Assembly (NCBI GenBank): GCA_963812685.1
Contig: CAWEWI010000004.1
Location: 650,220 to 714,219 of the forward strand
From: an uncultured Acidobacteriaceae bacterium
GTDB taxonomy: Bacteria; Acidobacteriota; Terriglobia; Terriglobales; Acidobacteriaceae
Direction of reading: 5' to 3'
DNA: 64,000 nt
Of the stretch, positions 9,370 through 19,572 are shown in pieces. Made by a program: the position numbers and the translations under genes. The notes below the pieces were generated by a model. It ran no database searches and was not told the origin of the DNA. It worked only from the letters and a program-made list of their open reading frames with translations. Positions within the stretch are counted from its first letter, which is position 1; each line of letters starts with the position of its first letter.

Positions 9370-10455
9370 ATGCGTCCGTCGGGCCGGAGCCACATTTTGA
9401 TTTCAGGCAAGCGTTTTTTGGGTGACTGCACTCTGCGGATTTTTCTTCTGGTCGCCGCTGCATCCTTGATGCCGTTCGGCGCGCACGGGCAGTCTGTGGG
9501 TACAGAGGAGTTGCCCGATGCGCCGCTGGCGACGGCCCAGCAGAGCTCGCCTCCTCCCACGCCAGCTCCGGCAACGACACCAGCGCAAAGCCAAACGCCG
9601 CCTCAGAACCAGGCGCCGCCGCCAGCCGGTTCATCCGGTTCTGCGCAGCCGGCGCAGACTTCGGGCCAGCCCGGTTCGTCGAGTTCCGCGCAGCCAGCGC
9701 AAAACACGCCGGAGACCAAAGAACAGCAGCAGGAGCGCGCAAAAAAGGAGCTGGAGGAGGAAGAGAAACAGCGGCTGCTGGGCGTGGTCCCCATGTTCAA
9801 CGTTCAGTCGAACGCCAACGCGGCGCCCATGACATCGAAGCAGAAATTTCAACTGTTCTTCAAAAGCTCGACGGATTGGTATCAGTTCGCGGTTACGGCG
9901 ATTGACGGCGGCCTCAGCATGGCGGGCAACGAGTATGCCTCCTATGGAGAGGGCGTGGAGGGATTCGCGAAGTACTGGGGCGCGGCGTACGCCGACACCT
10001 TCGACGGAAACCTTTGGGGCAATGCGATTCTGACTTCCTGGTGGAAGGAGGACCCACGCTATTACCGCATGGGTCACGGTAACTTCTTCAAGCGGGCTGG
10101 TTATTCGGCGGTAACCACGGTGTGGTGCAAACGCGACAAGGGCACGTGGGGGCCGAACTACGCCAACGTCGCCGGCAATTTCATCGGCGGTACCATCTCC
10201 AATCTTTATTATCCGGCCAACGATCGCGGCGTAGAGCTGACCCTTGGGCGAGGCGCCAGCGTGACGTACGAGGGCATCGTCGGCGCCGAGATCGCCGAGT
10301 TTTGGCCGGACATCGTGACTCACTTCACGAAGAAGCACCAGGAGAAGCTGGACAAGCAGGCTGCCCCGCAAGCGGGCGCTCCGGCTAAAACGCCTGCGCC
10401 GCAATCTCCGAACGGAACGGCCACACCAGCCGAGCCAACTCCGAAGCCGCAGTAA
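9370..10455 (+). CDS. hypothetical secreted protein with P/Q/A-rich linker
   Basis: Signal-like IFLLVAAASLMPFGAHGQ, then a low-complexity PPPTPAPATTPAQSQTPPQNQAPPPAGSSGSAQPAQ region, then a W/Y/G-rich conserved-looking domain. Family not recognised. Confidence 0.6.
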   Translation: MRPSGRSHILISGKRFLGDCTLRIFLLVAAASLMPFGAHGQSVGTEELPDAPLATAQQSSPPPTPAPATTPAQSQTPPQNQAPPPAGSSGSAQPAQTSGQPGSSSSAQPAQNTPETKEQQQERAKKELEEEEKQRLLGVVPMFNVQSNANAAPMTSKQKFQLFFKSSTDWYQFAVTAIDGGLSMAGNEYASYGEGVEGFAKYWGAAYADTFDGNLWGNAILTSWWKEDPRYYRMGHGNFFKRAGYSAVTTVWCKRDKGTWGPNYANVAGNFIGGTISNLYYPANDRGVELTLGRGASVTYEGIVGAEIAEFWPDIVTHFTKKHQEKLDKQAAPQAGAPAKTPAPQSPNGTATPAEPTPKPQ

Positions 10456-10527
10456 TTCCCTTCCCGTCACGAATCGGATTGCAGAACCGGGGCGCGTGGT
10501 ATCGTTATCAGCCATCGGTTCGAATCC

Positions 10528-13500
10528 ATGGAAATGCCTGGCCGGTTTCGTATTTTCCTGCTGCTTCTTCTCGGTTTTTGGTCTGCCTCATCCTTCGCAA
10601 AGACGGTTGTCTTTTGGCAGGCTGGATTTCCGGCGGTGGATTCTCCCGCGCCGGATGAAGCTGGCCTGAGGGCGGCGCTTTCCGGAGCGGATTTCGTGGG
10701 GGCGAGCGGCCTCGCGGATGCTCTGGCGCAGCCGGAGGCGAATCTGCTGGTGCTGCCGTACGGATCGGCATGGCCGGAAGCCGAGTGGGATTCGATCCTG
10801 CGCTACCTCGATCGCGGCGGAAATCTGATCGTGCTGGGCGGCAAGCCGTTTACGCGCGCTGCGTTTGAGGATGCAAGCGGATGGCATGTGCGGACGGCGA
10901 GTGTGGCGCAGTCGCTGGAGTTGTTCATCCACGATTATCAGGAGACGCCTGGCTCCACGGAGCTGAAATTCGTGGCGAATCCGGATGTGTTTCCGCAGGT
11001 TCCCGCGTTTGGGTGGAAGCGCGCGTTCAGCCCCGTGGTGCGCTTGTCGGTAGTTGACGGCGACACGACAGGCGGGCACACCGGCTACGAAGACATGGAT
11101 CTGACCACGCTGGCATGGGGCGAGCGCGACGGGCACAAGCTGGCCGCACCGGCGTTGGAGCTGGACCATAATGCGAATCGTTTCGTGGGTGGTCGCTGGG
11201 TTTTGGTTGCGTGCGAGCCGGATGCAGATTTCTTCAGCAATTCAAAATTGCTCGCAATGCTGGCGGAGATCGCTCTGCGCAGGAATGATCGCTTCGCGTT
11301 TCGGCCGCGGCTGCCGCTGTTTTTGCCGGGCGAGGCGCTGGAGTTTCGCTTCAAGCCTTCCGATCCGATGGTGGAACAACCGGATGGCGATCAGCTGCGC
11401 GTTCGCGTAACCGCGGAAGACGGCACGGTGTTGTATGACCAGACGGCGGCGTTTCCTGGAGCGCATCGACTGACGCTGCCAGCGAGCGCCGAGGGAGGAC
11501 GCGGGTTTCACACGGTGGAGGCGACGCTGATCCGTGATGGCAAGCCGTTGCGGATTTACCGTTCCGGCTACTGGATGCGCGACTGGGATTATTTGCTGTC
11601 GGGGCCGAAGCTGACCGTGGGCAGCGATTATTTCCAGCTCGATGGCAAGCCGCTGCCGGTGGTGGGCACGACCTATATGTCCAGCGACGTGTCGCGGATG
11701 TATCTGATGCTGCCCAACGCATACGTGTGGGACCGCGACATGGAGCAGATTCGCGCGGCGGGGCTGAACATGATCCGCACCGGATTGTGGACGGCGTGGA
11801 AGCCGGAGCTGGCCGCGAATGGGCAAATGAGCGAGGACGCGCTGCGGACCGTGGAAGCTTTCCTCATGTGCGCGCGGCACAATGGGCTGCCGGTGCAGTT
11901 CAATCTGTTCGCGTTTTACCCGGATGAGTTTGGAGGGGAGAATGGGTATCTGGACCCGACAGCGCTCGCGGCAGAGGAGAGATATGCCGAGTCGCTGGTG
12001 GCGCGCTTTCACGATTTGCCCTTTCTGGCGTGGGATCTGATCAACGAGCCCAGCGCGAACAGGAATCTGTGGCGAACGCTGCCGGATTACGATCCGTTCG
12101 AGCAGGCGGCGTGGCGAAAATGGATTGCGGCGCGGGATCCGGATCGCGCCAGGCTGCTCCACGATTGGGCAGAGCCTTCACTGGGCATAGGGCGCAACTT
12201 GCAGGCGCAGCCGACCGCTCTCGCGCCGGAGATTGCTGGGCAGGATCCGCTGGCACTGCCTCCCGCGGGGGCGTTTCAGCCCGATGCGGTGCGCAGCGGG
12301 TTCAATCCTCTGAAGGTTTATGACTACACGTTGTTCACCCAGTCCGTATTCGCCGACTGGGTGAAGCAGATGCGGGATCTGATTCGCTCGACGGGATCGC
12401 AGCAGCTGATCACCGTCGGACAGGATGAGGGCGGGGTCGCGGGGCGCGTGACGCCGGCGTTCTACTCGCCGTTCATCGACTTCACCGCCGACCACACGTG
12501 GTGGGATTACGACGCGATCCTGTGGGCGTCGCTGGCGCCAAAGTTCCCGGGAAGCCACTGCTGATTCAGGAGACGGGCGAACAGCGGCGACTCACGCTCG
12601 ACGATCATCTGCGCTTTAGCGCCGAGGTAGAGGGCTGGCAACTGGAGCGCAAGATCGCGATTGCGTTCGCGCAGGGAGCCGGGGCGCTGGAGTGGGTGTG
12701 GAACGTAAACGCGACCATGGCCAACGACAACGAAATTCCGATTGGCGCGATCCGGCCGGATGGGACGGAGAAGCCGGAGGCGCAGGTGCTGGCCGGGTTT
12801 GCGGCGTTTGCGGCGAAGAGTCCGCAGAGCTTCACGAGAATTGAGCCGCCCGCGGTCACGATGGTGGCGTCGCAGGTGGAGCTGTATTCGACCCTGGGGG
12901 GCCTTGGGCTCGATACGCAGAAGAAGGCGCTGCGGGCGATGGCCTATTGGGATCACACACCGTTACGCATGTTGCCGGAGAATCGGCTGACGGAGCTGGG
13001 TTCGCCCAAGCTGGTTTTTCTGCCGTCAGCGCAGGGACTGACCGAGAAGGCCTGGCAGCTGCTGCTGGATTACGTGGCGAAGGGTGGGACGCTGCTGGTG
13101 ACGGGACCGGTGGATCGCGATGAGCACTGGCAATTTGTGGATCGGATGGGGCCGCTGGGGGTGAAGGCGGAGGTCATGCCGTTGGCGGTCCGGGGGTCGG
13201 CGCTGGTGCAGTCGCGAGGCCTGGGGCTCGTGCTGGGATTTCCGGCTGACGTGCAGCAGTCCTCGGCGGAGACGATGCGATTTGCCGATGGGAAAACCTT
13301 CGATGTGATTTCGCATGGAGGCGGGAAGATTCTTTGGACGGCGGATCCGGTGGAGTTCGCGGAGGGTTACGATGCAACGGCGGTGCTCTACCATTGGGCA
13401 CTGCAGCAGGCGGGGGTTCAAGCTCCGTTCCAGGAGGTCGAACCGCTTTCGCCCGACGTTTTGGCTTTTCCGACGGTGCTGGAGAACGCGGAGATGTACT

Positions 13501-13667
13501 GCTTTAGCAATGAGACGATGGACGCGCAGAGAGTCGATTTCACGGATACTCTGACCCACGCGCATGTTCTGTTTACCATGCAGCCACAGCGTGGCGCGGC
13601 ACTGCTGCTGAGCCGGCAGGGACAAGCGCTCGCGAGCTACGGCGGAGCGGCGCTGGCCACGGAATAA
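10528..13667 (+). CDS. large clan GH-A glycoside hydrolase (cellulase/beta-galactosidase-like) interrupted by a 1-nt frameshift; reads as ORFs 10528-12564 and 12498-13667
   Basis: The first ORF has a signal peptide and the acid/base motif DLINEPS. The second frame continues directly with KPLLIQETG (nucleophile-type motif). The junction is at ttCCCGGGaag (12544-12554). The total span of 3140 nt is one nt short of a multiple of 3. Confidence 0.75.
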
Positions 13668-13686
13668 TCGTCCCCCAATTCCTGCC

Positions 13687-13715
13687 TTGACACATCGCCG
13701 CCCGAGGCATAGCAT
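13687..13715 (+). promoter_or_regulatory. sigma70-like promoter candidate for the PadR operon
   Basis: TTGACA (13687-13692), 17-nt spacer, TAGCAT (13710-13715), immediately upstream of the PadR ATG at 13724. Pattern match only. Confidence 0.35.
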
Positions 13716-13723
13716 TCCGAGGT

Positions 13724-14047
13724 ATGCAGGGAGAAGCGCTCAAAGGGCATCTCGACCTTCTGCTTCTGGCATCGCTGGAGCCGCGCCCGGCGCATGGCTA
13801 TGCGGTGGTGGAGATGCTGCGGAAGCGGAGCGCCGGCACGTTCGATCTGCCGGAGGGCACGCTGTATCCGGCCCTACACCGGCTGGAAGACTCCGGCCTG
13901 GTGACCAGCCGCTGGACCGAAGAGAGCGGTCGGAGGCGGCGGGTGTACCAGCTCACCGCGAAAGGGCGGCGGAGCCTGGCCAGGCGGCAGATGGAGTGGC
14001 GCGCCTTTGCGCGTGCAGTCGATGGCGTGGTGGAGGGAATGGCATGA
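13724..14047 (+). CDS. PadR family transcriptional regulator
   Basis: LLLLASLEPRPAHGYAVVEML...EGTLYPALHRLEDSGLV...RRVYQLTAKG is the PadR winged-helix signature. Confidence 0.9.
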   Translation: MQGEALKGHLDLLLLASLEPRPAHGYAVVEMLRKRSAGTFDLPEGTLYPALHRLEDSGLVTSRWTEESGRRRRVYQLTAKGRRSLARRQMEWRAFARAVDGVVEGMA

Positions 14048-14595
14048 GCGGAACAGCAGTCGAGAATTACCTTAAGAATCTCGGCAGGGAGTTGAGGAAG
14101 CATGGCGTCTTCGGAACAAGGTTCATGGAAGAGACGCGAGGACACCTGACCGACGCCATCGAAGCCGGACGGCGCGGCGGTCTCACGCAGGAAGCCGCCG
14201 AGGAAGCGGCGATCGGGAGTTTCGGGGACGCTCGCGAAGTTGCCGCAAAATACGCGGCGCACAAGTATCGGACACTGCACTGGGTGCTCCTGATCGCCGC
14301 CATCGGACTCGGGCTCGCGATTGCCTGGGTCGATTCGCGCCCGCACTGGGACGACTCCGGGATCACCGCCGGGGCCCTGCTGTTGAGCGCTGGGGTGCTC
14401 GGCCTGATCGGGCCGAGGCGCCCGTGGCTGTGGGCGCTGGCCATTGGGATGTGGATTCCGCTGTATTTGATCGCCGGCCAGGTGGCCTCCCATACCATCA
14501 CCGTGGGATCGGCGAGCTACCTCGTGATTCTCGCTTTCCCGATGGCGGGCGCCTATGCGGGCATGGGCGTGCGGCGTTTGATAGCACTCGCCTGA
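14044..14595 (+). CDS. PadR-associated membrane protein (N-terminal DUF1700/'permease prefix'-like helical domain plus about 4 TM helices)
   Basis: The ATG overlaps the PadR stop (ATGA at 14044-14047). The N-terminus VENYLKNLGRELRKHG...FGDAREVAAKY resembles the helical prefix found after PadR genes, followed by hydrophobic helices. Confidence 0.65.
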   Translation: MSGTAVENYLKNLGRELRKHGVFGTRFMEETRGHLTDAIEAGRRGGLTQEAAEEAAIGSFGDAREVAAKYAAHKYRTLHWVLLIAAIGLGLAIAWVDSRPHWDDSGITAGALLLSAGVLGLIGPRRPWLWALAIGMWIPLYLIAGQVASHTITVGSASYLVILAFPMAGAYAGMGVRRLIALA

Positions 14596-14736
14596 AGCGA
14601 ACCACAAGAAAGAGAGGGAGCGGCGCAGCCTGAAGTGACAGGCTCGCGGAGTGACGCGCGTGCTCCGCCCATGTTATTCTTGGGTCAGACACTTAGGAAG
14701 TGTAATCGCAGAAAAATCAGAGGAGTACGCACAAAG

Positions 14737-15003
14737 GTGCTGGCACCGGAAAAGAAATCTGAAGTCATCGCGCGCTATCGCACTCACGATTCCGATACTG
14801 GAAGCCCGGAAGTGCAGATTGCGGTACTCAGCGAGCGGATTGGCGACTTGACCGAGCATTTCAAAACCCACGTGAAGGATCATGCTTCGCGCCGCGGTTT
14901 GCTGATGCTGGTGAGCAAGCGCCGCCGCCTGCTGGATTATCTGAAGACCCACGATTCGGAACGTTACCGGACCGTGATTGGCAAACTGGGCATTCGCAAA
15001 TAA
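14737..15003 (+). CDS. rpsO: 30S ribosomal protein S15
   Basis: [47 protein letters not shown] is classic S15. GTG at 14737 with AGGAG at 14721-14725; 88 aa. Confidence 0.93.
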   Translation: MLAPEKKSEVIARYRTHDSDTGSPEVQIAVLSERIGDLTEHFKTHVKDHASRRGLLMLVSKRRRLLDYLKTHDSERYRTVIGKLGIRK

Positions 15004-15203
15004 CACCAAAGGCCCGGCCTTCGGCGCGCGAGCGACGAGAACCGAAAGAGCATGGACAATTCAGGGCGACGCCCATCCCGCAACAGCGCGGGTTCTGATT
15101 GCGCACAGCAAGCTAAATCCGCACAACACGGCTCTCTCCACTCCCCATCGCCCGTCCCGCCTGGGACGCCCGCCTGCTGTTCCCATAGAGAAACGAGGAA
15201 AAT

Positions 15204-17687
15204 ATGAAACAGGAAGTCTCGGTCGAACTTGCCGGAGGCAAGCGGCTGCATTTTGAAACGGGCCGCATGGCCAAACAGGCGTCAGGCGCTGCTGTTGTCA
15301 GCTCGGGCGACACGGTCGTGCTGGCCACCGCTGTCGCCTCTCCCGATCCACGGGAAGGCATCGACTTTTTCCCCCTCACCGTCGACTATCGCGAGTATGC
15401 CTATGCCGGCGGACGCATTCCGGGCGGATTCATCAAACGCGAAGGCCGCCCCAGCGAACGCGAGGTTCTGACTTGCCGTCAGATCGATCGCCCGATCCGT
15501 CCGCTGTTTCCTGAAGGGTTCCGCAACGAAACGCAGATCATCGCGCTGGTCTTCTCGGCGGACAGGGAAAACGATCCGGACATCATCGGGATCAACGCGG
15601 CGGGAGCGGCGCTGGCGCTGTCCGACATTCCGTTCGGCGCGACCATTGGCGCGGTGCGCGTCGGGCAGATTAACGGCGAGTTCGTCATCAATCCGTCGTA
15701 CCTTGAGCGCCGCGACAGCAAGATCAATATCACGGTGGTGGGAACCAAAGACGGCATCGTGATGATCGAGAGCGGCGCGAGCGAAGCCTCCGAAGAGACC
15801 ATCGTCGACGCCATCGAGTTCGGTCACACCGAAATTAAGAAGATTGTCGCGGCCATCGAGGATCTGGTTTCGCGCGCCGGCAAGCCGAAGCGCGCGGTGA
15901 CGGCTCCGGAGTTCGACAGCTCCTACTACGAAGCACTGCTGGCTAAAGTGGGCAGCCGTCTCAAGGATGCTCTCGACACCAAGGCGCATCCCAAGCTCGA
16001 AAGCCAGACGCTGGTGAAACAGATCCAGGACGAGCTGAAGGCAGAGATTCCGGACGATGCGAACGCGGGGGCGGCGAAGAAGAAGCTGGCGCATTATTTC
16101 GAGACGCTGCGCGAACGGCTCTTCCGCGAGCAGGTGACGAAGGAGCGGGTTCGGCCGGACCATCGCGCGTTCGACGAAATTCGGGCGATTTCGATCGAGC
16201 TCGGCGTGCTGCCCCGCACCCACGGCTCGGCGCTGTTTACGCGCGGAGAAACGCAGGCGCTGGTGACGGCGACCCTGGGCACAACCGACGATTCACAGCG
16301 GCTGGAGACGTTTGAGGGCGAGCAGAGAAAGAAGTTCATGCTTCATTACAATTTCCCGCCGTTTTCGGTGGGCGAAACCGGTCGAATGACCGGCGTGGGA
16401 CGCCGCGAGGTGGGCCACGGAGCGCTGGCGGAGCGCGCCATCACCGCGGTTCTGCCGAGCGAAGAGGAATCGCCGTATTCGCTGCGCGTGGTTTCTGACA
16501 TCCTCGAATCCAACGGATCGTCGTCGATGGCGTCGGTGTGCGGCGCCAGTCTGGCGCTGATGGATGCGGGAATTCCGCTCAAATCGTCGGTGGCCGGAAT
16601 CGCGATGGGCCTGGTGAAGGAGGGCGACAACTACGCCATCCTGACCGACATTGCGGGCGCGGAAGATCACTACGGCGATATGGATTTCAAAGTCGCGGGC
16701 ACGCGGAACGGCATTACCGCGCTGCAGATGGACATCAAGATCGGCGGCATCACCGGGCAGATTATGCGCGAAGCGCTCGAACAGGCGCGCCGCGGGCGGC
16801 TCTTCCTGCTGGATACGATGGACGCGATCCTGAGTGGTCCGCGCACGGAGAAGTCGAAGTTCGCGCCGCAGATTCGCACCTTGCAGATTCCGACCGACAA
16901 GATTCGCGATCTGATCGGGCCAGGCGGAAAGACAATTCGCGGCATCATCGAAGCCACGCAGGTCAAGATCGACGTGGACGACACCGGCAAAGTGAATGTG
17001 GCATCGAGCGACGAGGAAGGCCTGAAGAAGGCGCTGGCAATGATCAACGATCTGACCGCGGTGCCCGAGGTCGGCAAGACGTATCTGGGCAAAGTGGTTC
17101 GGCTGGCGGAGTTCGGCGCGTTCGTCGAGATCTTCCCCGGCACCGACGGGCTGCTGCACATCAGCGAAATCGCCGAGCATCGCGTTCGCGAGGTGAAGGA
17201 TGAACTACGCGAGGGCGATCAGGTGATGGTGAAGGTTCTTGGCGTGGAAGGCAACCGCATCAAGCTGTCGCGCAAAGCGGTGCTGAGAGAGCAGCGGCAG
17301 AAACTGGGATTGCCCGATCCCAACGCAGGCGGGTCTGGTGGCGGTCCCGTCGGCGATATGGCTGCGTCGGAATCGTCTGCACCGCCGCCGCGAGCACCGC
17401 GTCCGCCCCGGCCGGCTCCTCCGGAAGAGCGGCAGCCTTCGTCGAATGCGAGCACCATCATGATCGAGGGCGGCGAAGACTTCGACGACGATAATGGCCC
17501 ACCGGTGGAAGAGGGAGAGGAAATCAACTACAACCGCGCCGATGGCGTGCCGGTGACGACATCCGGCGAGCGTCGTCCTTCCGGACCAGGTGGTTCGGGC
17601 GGACCGGCCGGACAGCAGCGGCGTCGCCGGCGTCGTGGTCGTCGTCCTGGCGGACCCGGCGGAGGCAGCGGGGGGCGGAGTAATTAG
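15204..17687 (+). CDS. pnp: polyribonucleotide nucleotidyltransferase (PNPase) with about 126-aa P/G/R-rich C-terminal tail
   Basis: Two RNase PH-like domains, KH and S1 (GKVVRLAEFGAFVEIFPGTDGLLHISE); follows rpsO as usual. Total 827 aa because of the tail encoded by 17307-17684. Confidence 0.95.
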   Translation: MKQEVSVELAGGKRLHFETGRMAKQASGAAVVSSGDTVVLATAVASPDPREGIDFFPLTVDYREYAYAGGRIPGGFIKREGRPSEREVLTCRQIDRPIRPLFPEGFRNETQIIALVFSADRENDPDIIGINAAGAALALSDIPFGATIGAVRVGQINGEFVINPSYLERRDSKINITVVGTKDGIVMIESGASEASEETIVDAIEFGHTEIKKIVAAIEDLVSRAGKPKRAVTAPEFDSSYYEALLAKVGSRLKDALDTKAHPKLESQTLVKQIQDELKAEIPDDANAGAAKKKLAHYFETLRERLFREQVTKERVRPDHRAFDEIRAISIELGVLPRTHGSALFTRGETQALVTATLGTTDDSQRLETFEGEQRKKFMLHYNFPPFSVGETGRMTGVGRREVGHGALAERAITAVLPSEEESPYSLRVVSDILESNGSSSMASVCGASLALMDAGIPLKSSVAGIAMGLVKEGDNYAILTDIAGAEDHYGDMDFKVAGTRNGITALQMDIKIGGITGQIMREALEQARRGRLFLLDTMDAILSGPRTEKSKFAPQIRTLQIPTDKIRDLIGPGGKTIRGIIEATQVKIDVDDTGKVNVASSDEEGLKKALAMINDLTAVPEVGKTYLGKVVRLAEFGAFVEIFPGTDGLLHISEIAEHRVREVKDELREGDQVMVKVLGVEGNRIKLSRKAVLREQRQKLGLPDPNAGGSGGGPVGDMAASESSAPPPRAPRPPRPAPPEERQPSSNASTIMIEGGEDFDDDNGPPVEEGEEINYNRADGVPVTTSGERRPSGPGGSGGPAGQQRRRRRRGRRPGGPGGGSGGRSN

Positions 17688-17713
17688 TCTCCGGACGTGA
17701 GCGAATGGGGAAG

Positions 17714-17741
17714 AGAGCCGGGCGCACAGCCCGGCTCTTTT
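17714..17741 (+). terminator. intrinsic terminator downstream of pnp
   Basis: AGAGCCGGGC-gcaca-GCCCGGCTCT (perfect 10-bp stem) followed by TTTT. Confidence 0.75.
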
Positions 17742-17917
17742 CCTGCGCCGAACCCTGTTTCGGATCGATGCGGGACGGTTGCAACTTTCCTGTTAACCCG
17801 AACGTCATCAATGGGCTGGAGCTGGCGGAGGGGGACCACAGGAGTTAGTTACTGATCTGGCAACGAACCATCCTCTCGCCCCTCACGGGCATCCTCACAT
17901 CAGGTAGACTGTCGCCA

Positions 17918-18328
17918 ATGAGCGCATCGATGTACATCGTCGTTGAAGGAGAAGACCCGGGTTATGACATCTTTGTGAACGGTCACGCGCTGGCCCGCAA
18001 CGAGGATGCACTGGAGAAACTGGCTCTTCGCCTGGGTGTAAAACCACTCCTGGAGTTCTTCTCCGCGGATGAGAATTCCATGGCTCTGCTCCTTGAAGAG
18101 GGTGCCGGAGATCCGGAGTGGGCCACTACCCTGCCGCCTCCGCAGTGGTTCACGCCTGAGGATGGGCTGATCACCATCTGCACGCTGCATGATTTTCTGA
18201 GAGAAGCTCCCTCGGCGCTGGGCCTCGACACCACTCCTGTGGTGGCCGAGCTTGAGGAATACGAACGCGTGCTGCGCAAGACTGCGGTGCGTAATCTTCG
18301 CTGGCAGCTCGCAGTGAGCTGGAAGTGA
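17918..18328 (+). CDS. hypothetical acidic cytoplasmic protein (136 aa)
   Basis: Protein-like composition, no signal peptide or TM, no family recognised. It stands alone between two hairpin terminators. Confidence 0.55.
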   Translation: MSASMYIVVEGEDPGYDIFVNGHALARNEDALEKLALRLGVKPLLEFFSADENSMALLLEEGAGDPEWATTLPPPQWFTPEDGLITICTLHDFLREAPSALGLDTTPVVAELEEYERVLRKTAVRNLRWQLAVSWK

Positions 18329-18376
18329 ATACCAGCCGCTGGCAGGCAGTGAATAACGAGTAGCAGCAAAGATGAA

Positions 18377-18407
18377 GAGGCGGGCTTGATGCCCGCCTCA
18401 CGTTTTT
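18377..18407. terminator. intrinsic (probably bidirectional) terminator between convergent genes
   Basis: GAGGCGGGC-ttgat-GCCCGCCTC followed by cgTTTTT on the + strand. The - strand side is followed by ttcatcttt, downstream of the OMP gene stop at 18428. Confidence 0.75.
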
Positions 18408-18427
18408 GCAACCGGTTGAGGTTTGCC

Positions 18428-19360
18428 TTAGAAGCGAATGCCGAATTCGACCGGGATCAGGGCCTCGGTGCCTGAACCCTGATAGGAATTGGACGCGCTC
18501 GGCCCAGGGGAATTGACCCAGACGTACCGCACTTCTGCGAAGAACTTCCCATTGCTGTCTTCGCCGAAAACTTTGCGGTACACGCCCGCTCCAACGTTGA
18601 AACCGCCCTGATTACTGGAGAAGTGATCGACGGTTTCCGGCACTGCAATGCATCCGTAGTAGGGGTCGCACTCGTCGACGGGTTCGGTGAAGTTGGTCAC
18701 CTTGCGGTAGAAGCCTCCGCCACCCGTCGCATAGAGGCCGCTCTTATGGCTAAAGGGCAGGTAGACGATGGGATCGACGGTGAGCGACCAGGTATTGATG
18801 TTTCCACCCAAGCCGGAAGGCGCGCCCGAACTCCCGGCCTGCAGGGCGTTCAGATAGTCGTTGGGAATGCCCTGACGAAGGAACTGGTACTCCATCAGCG
18901 CGCCGAAGCGCTTGGTGAAGTTCCAGCCGCCGCCGAGATTGAAACCGTAGCCAAAGCCCTCGTCCGGGCTTAGATCTCCATTGTCGAGACTGGTAGTCGA
19001 GTAGCTGGTGTCGCTGCCAACAGGGATGCTGAAACCGAACCCTCCCTCGAAGGCAATGTGGCTGAAGCGGCTTTCGTAGGTTGGATAGGAGGAGGAGCGA
19101 CGGCCGCCGCCATACTGCGGTGAAGCACTGGCGCCGGAGCCGTCTGCGGAATCGAACGAAGAGGAGTCGCCGAGCAGCGCGTCGGTACTCAAATAGGCGC
19201 GGTAGTCAGCCGAGCTGGAGTAAGTCTGTCCACTCGTCGAGTTGTCGGAAGACGAAATCGTCTGGGCAGCCGCGTTGAGCGAGAATCCGATGGCAAAAGC
19301 AGAAGCAGCAATCAACATGCGCCGCAGCAGCGGGCAGTTACGATCACAGTTCGCAACCAT
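18428..19360 (-). CDS. outer-membrane beta-barrel protein
   Basis: Signal peptide MLIAASAFAIGFSLNAAAQ, alternating G/Y/F/S-rich strands, C-terminal ...IPVEFGIRF (terminal Phe). I prefer the start at 19360 (GAGG upstream); 19318 is possible. Confidence 0.75.
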   Translation of the reverse strand: MVANCDRNCPLLRRMLIAASAFAIGFSLNAAAQTISSSDNSTSGQTYSSSADYRAYLSTDALLGDSSSFDSADGSGASASPQYGGGRRSSSYPTYESRFSHIAFEGGFGFSIPVGSDTSYSTTSLDNGDLSPDEGFGYGFNLGGGWNFTKRFGALMEYQFLRQGIPNDYLNALQAGSSGAPSGLGGNINTWSLTVDPIVYLPFSHKSGLYATGGGGFYRKVTNFTEPVDECDPYYGCIAVPETVDHFSSNQGGFNVGAGVYRKVFGEDSNGKFFAEVRYVWVNSPGPSASNSYQGSGTEALIPVEFGIRF

Positions 19361-19572
19361 GTGAGAACACCTCAGAGGGATTGAATGTACGAATTGGGAA
19401 AAAGCAGGCCGAAGCCTGCCGCCTGCAAATACTTGGACACGAAACGCGGGCCTAAGTTTCACTATAGGATGCATTTTCGCGGATTTCGAGCCGTAAACGG
19501 AGTCCCGAGCCCATGACCAGGGAAGCCGGGTCTGGGGAGACAGACCCGTTTTCCGTTGCCGTACGTCTAAGA

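Noticed and set aside
9202-9393. 63-aa - strand ORF with a CC-x2-C motif in the deaminase / secreted-protein spacer.
   Set aside because: It has a GTG start with no SD, overlaps the start of the 9370 gene, and has a hydrophilic nonsense-like sequence. The cysteine pattern is too minimal to call a zinc ribbon.
12541-12564. Programmed -1 ribosomal frameshifting as the primary explanation of the hydrolase split.
   Set aside because: The heptamer shape fits. However, I see no downstream stimulatory stem-loop or pseudoknot, and G/C-only heptamers are not known efficient bacterial slippery sites. Three other genes in the window are broken at non-slippery sites. It is kept only as an alternative within the finding.
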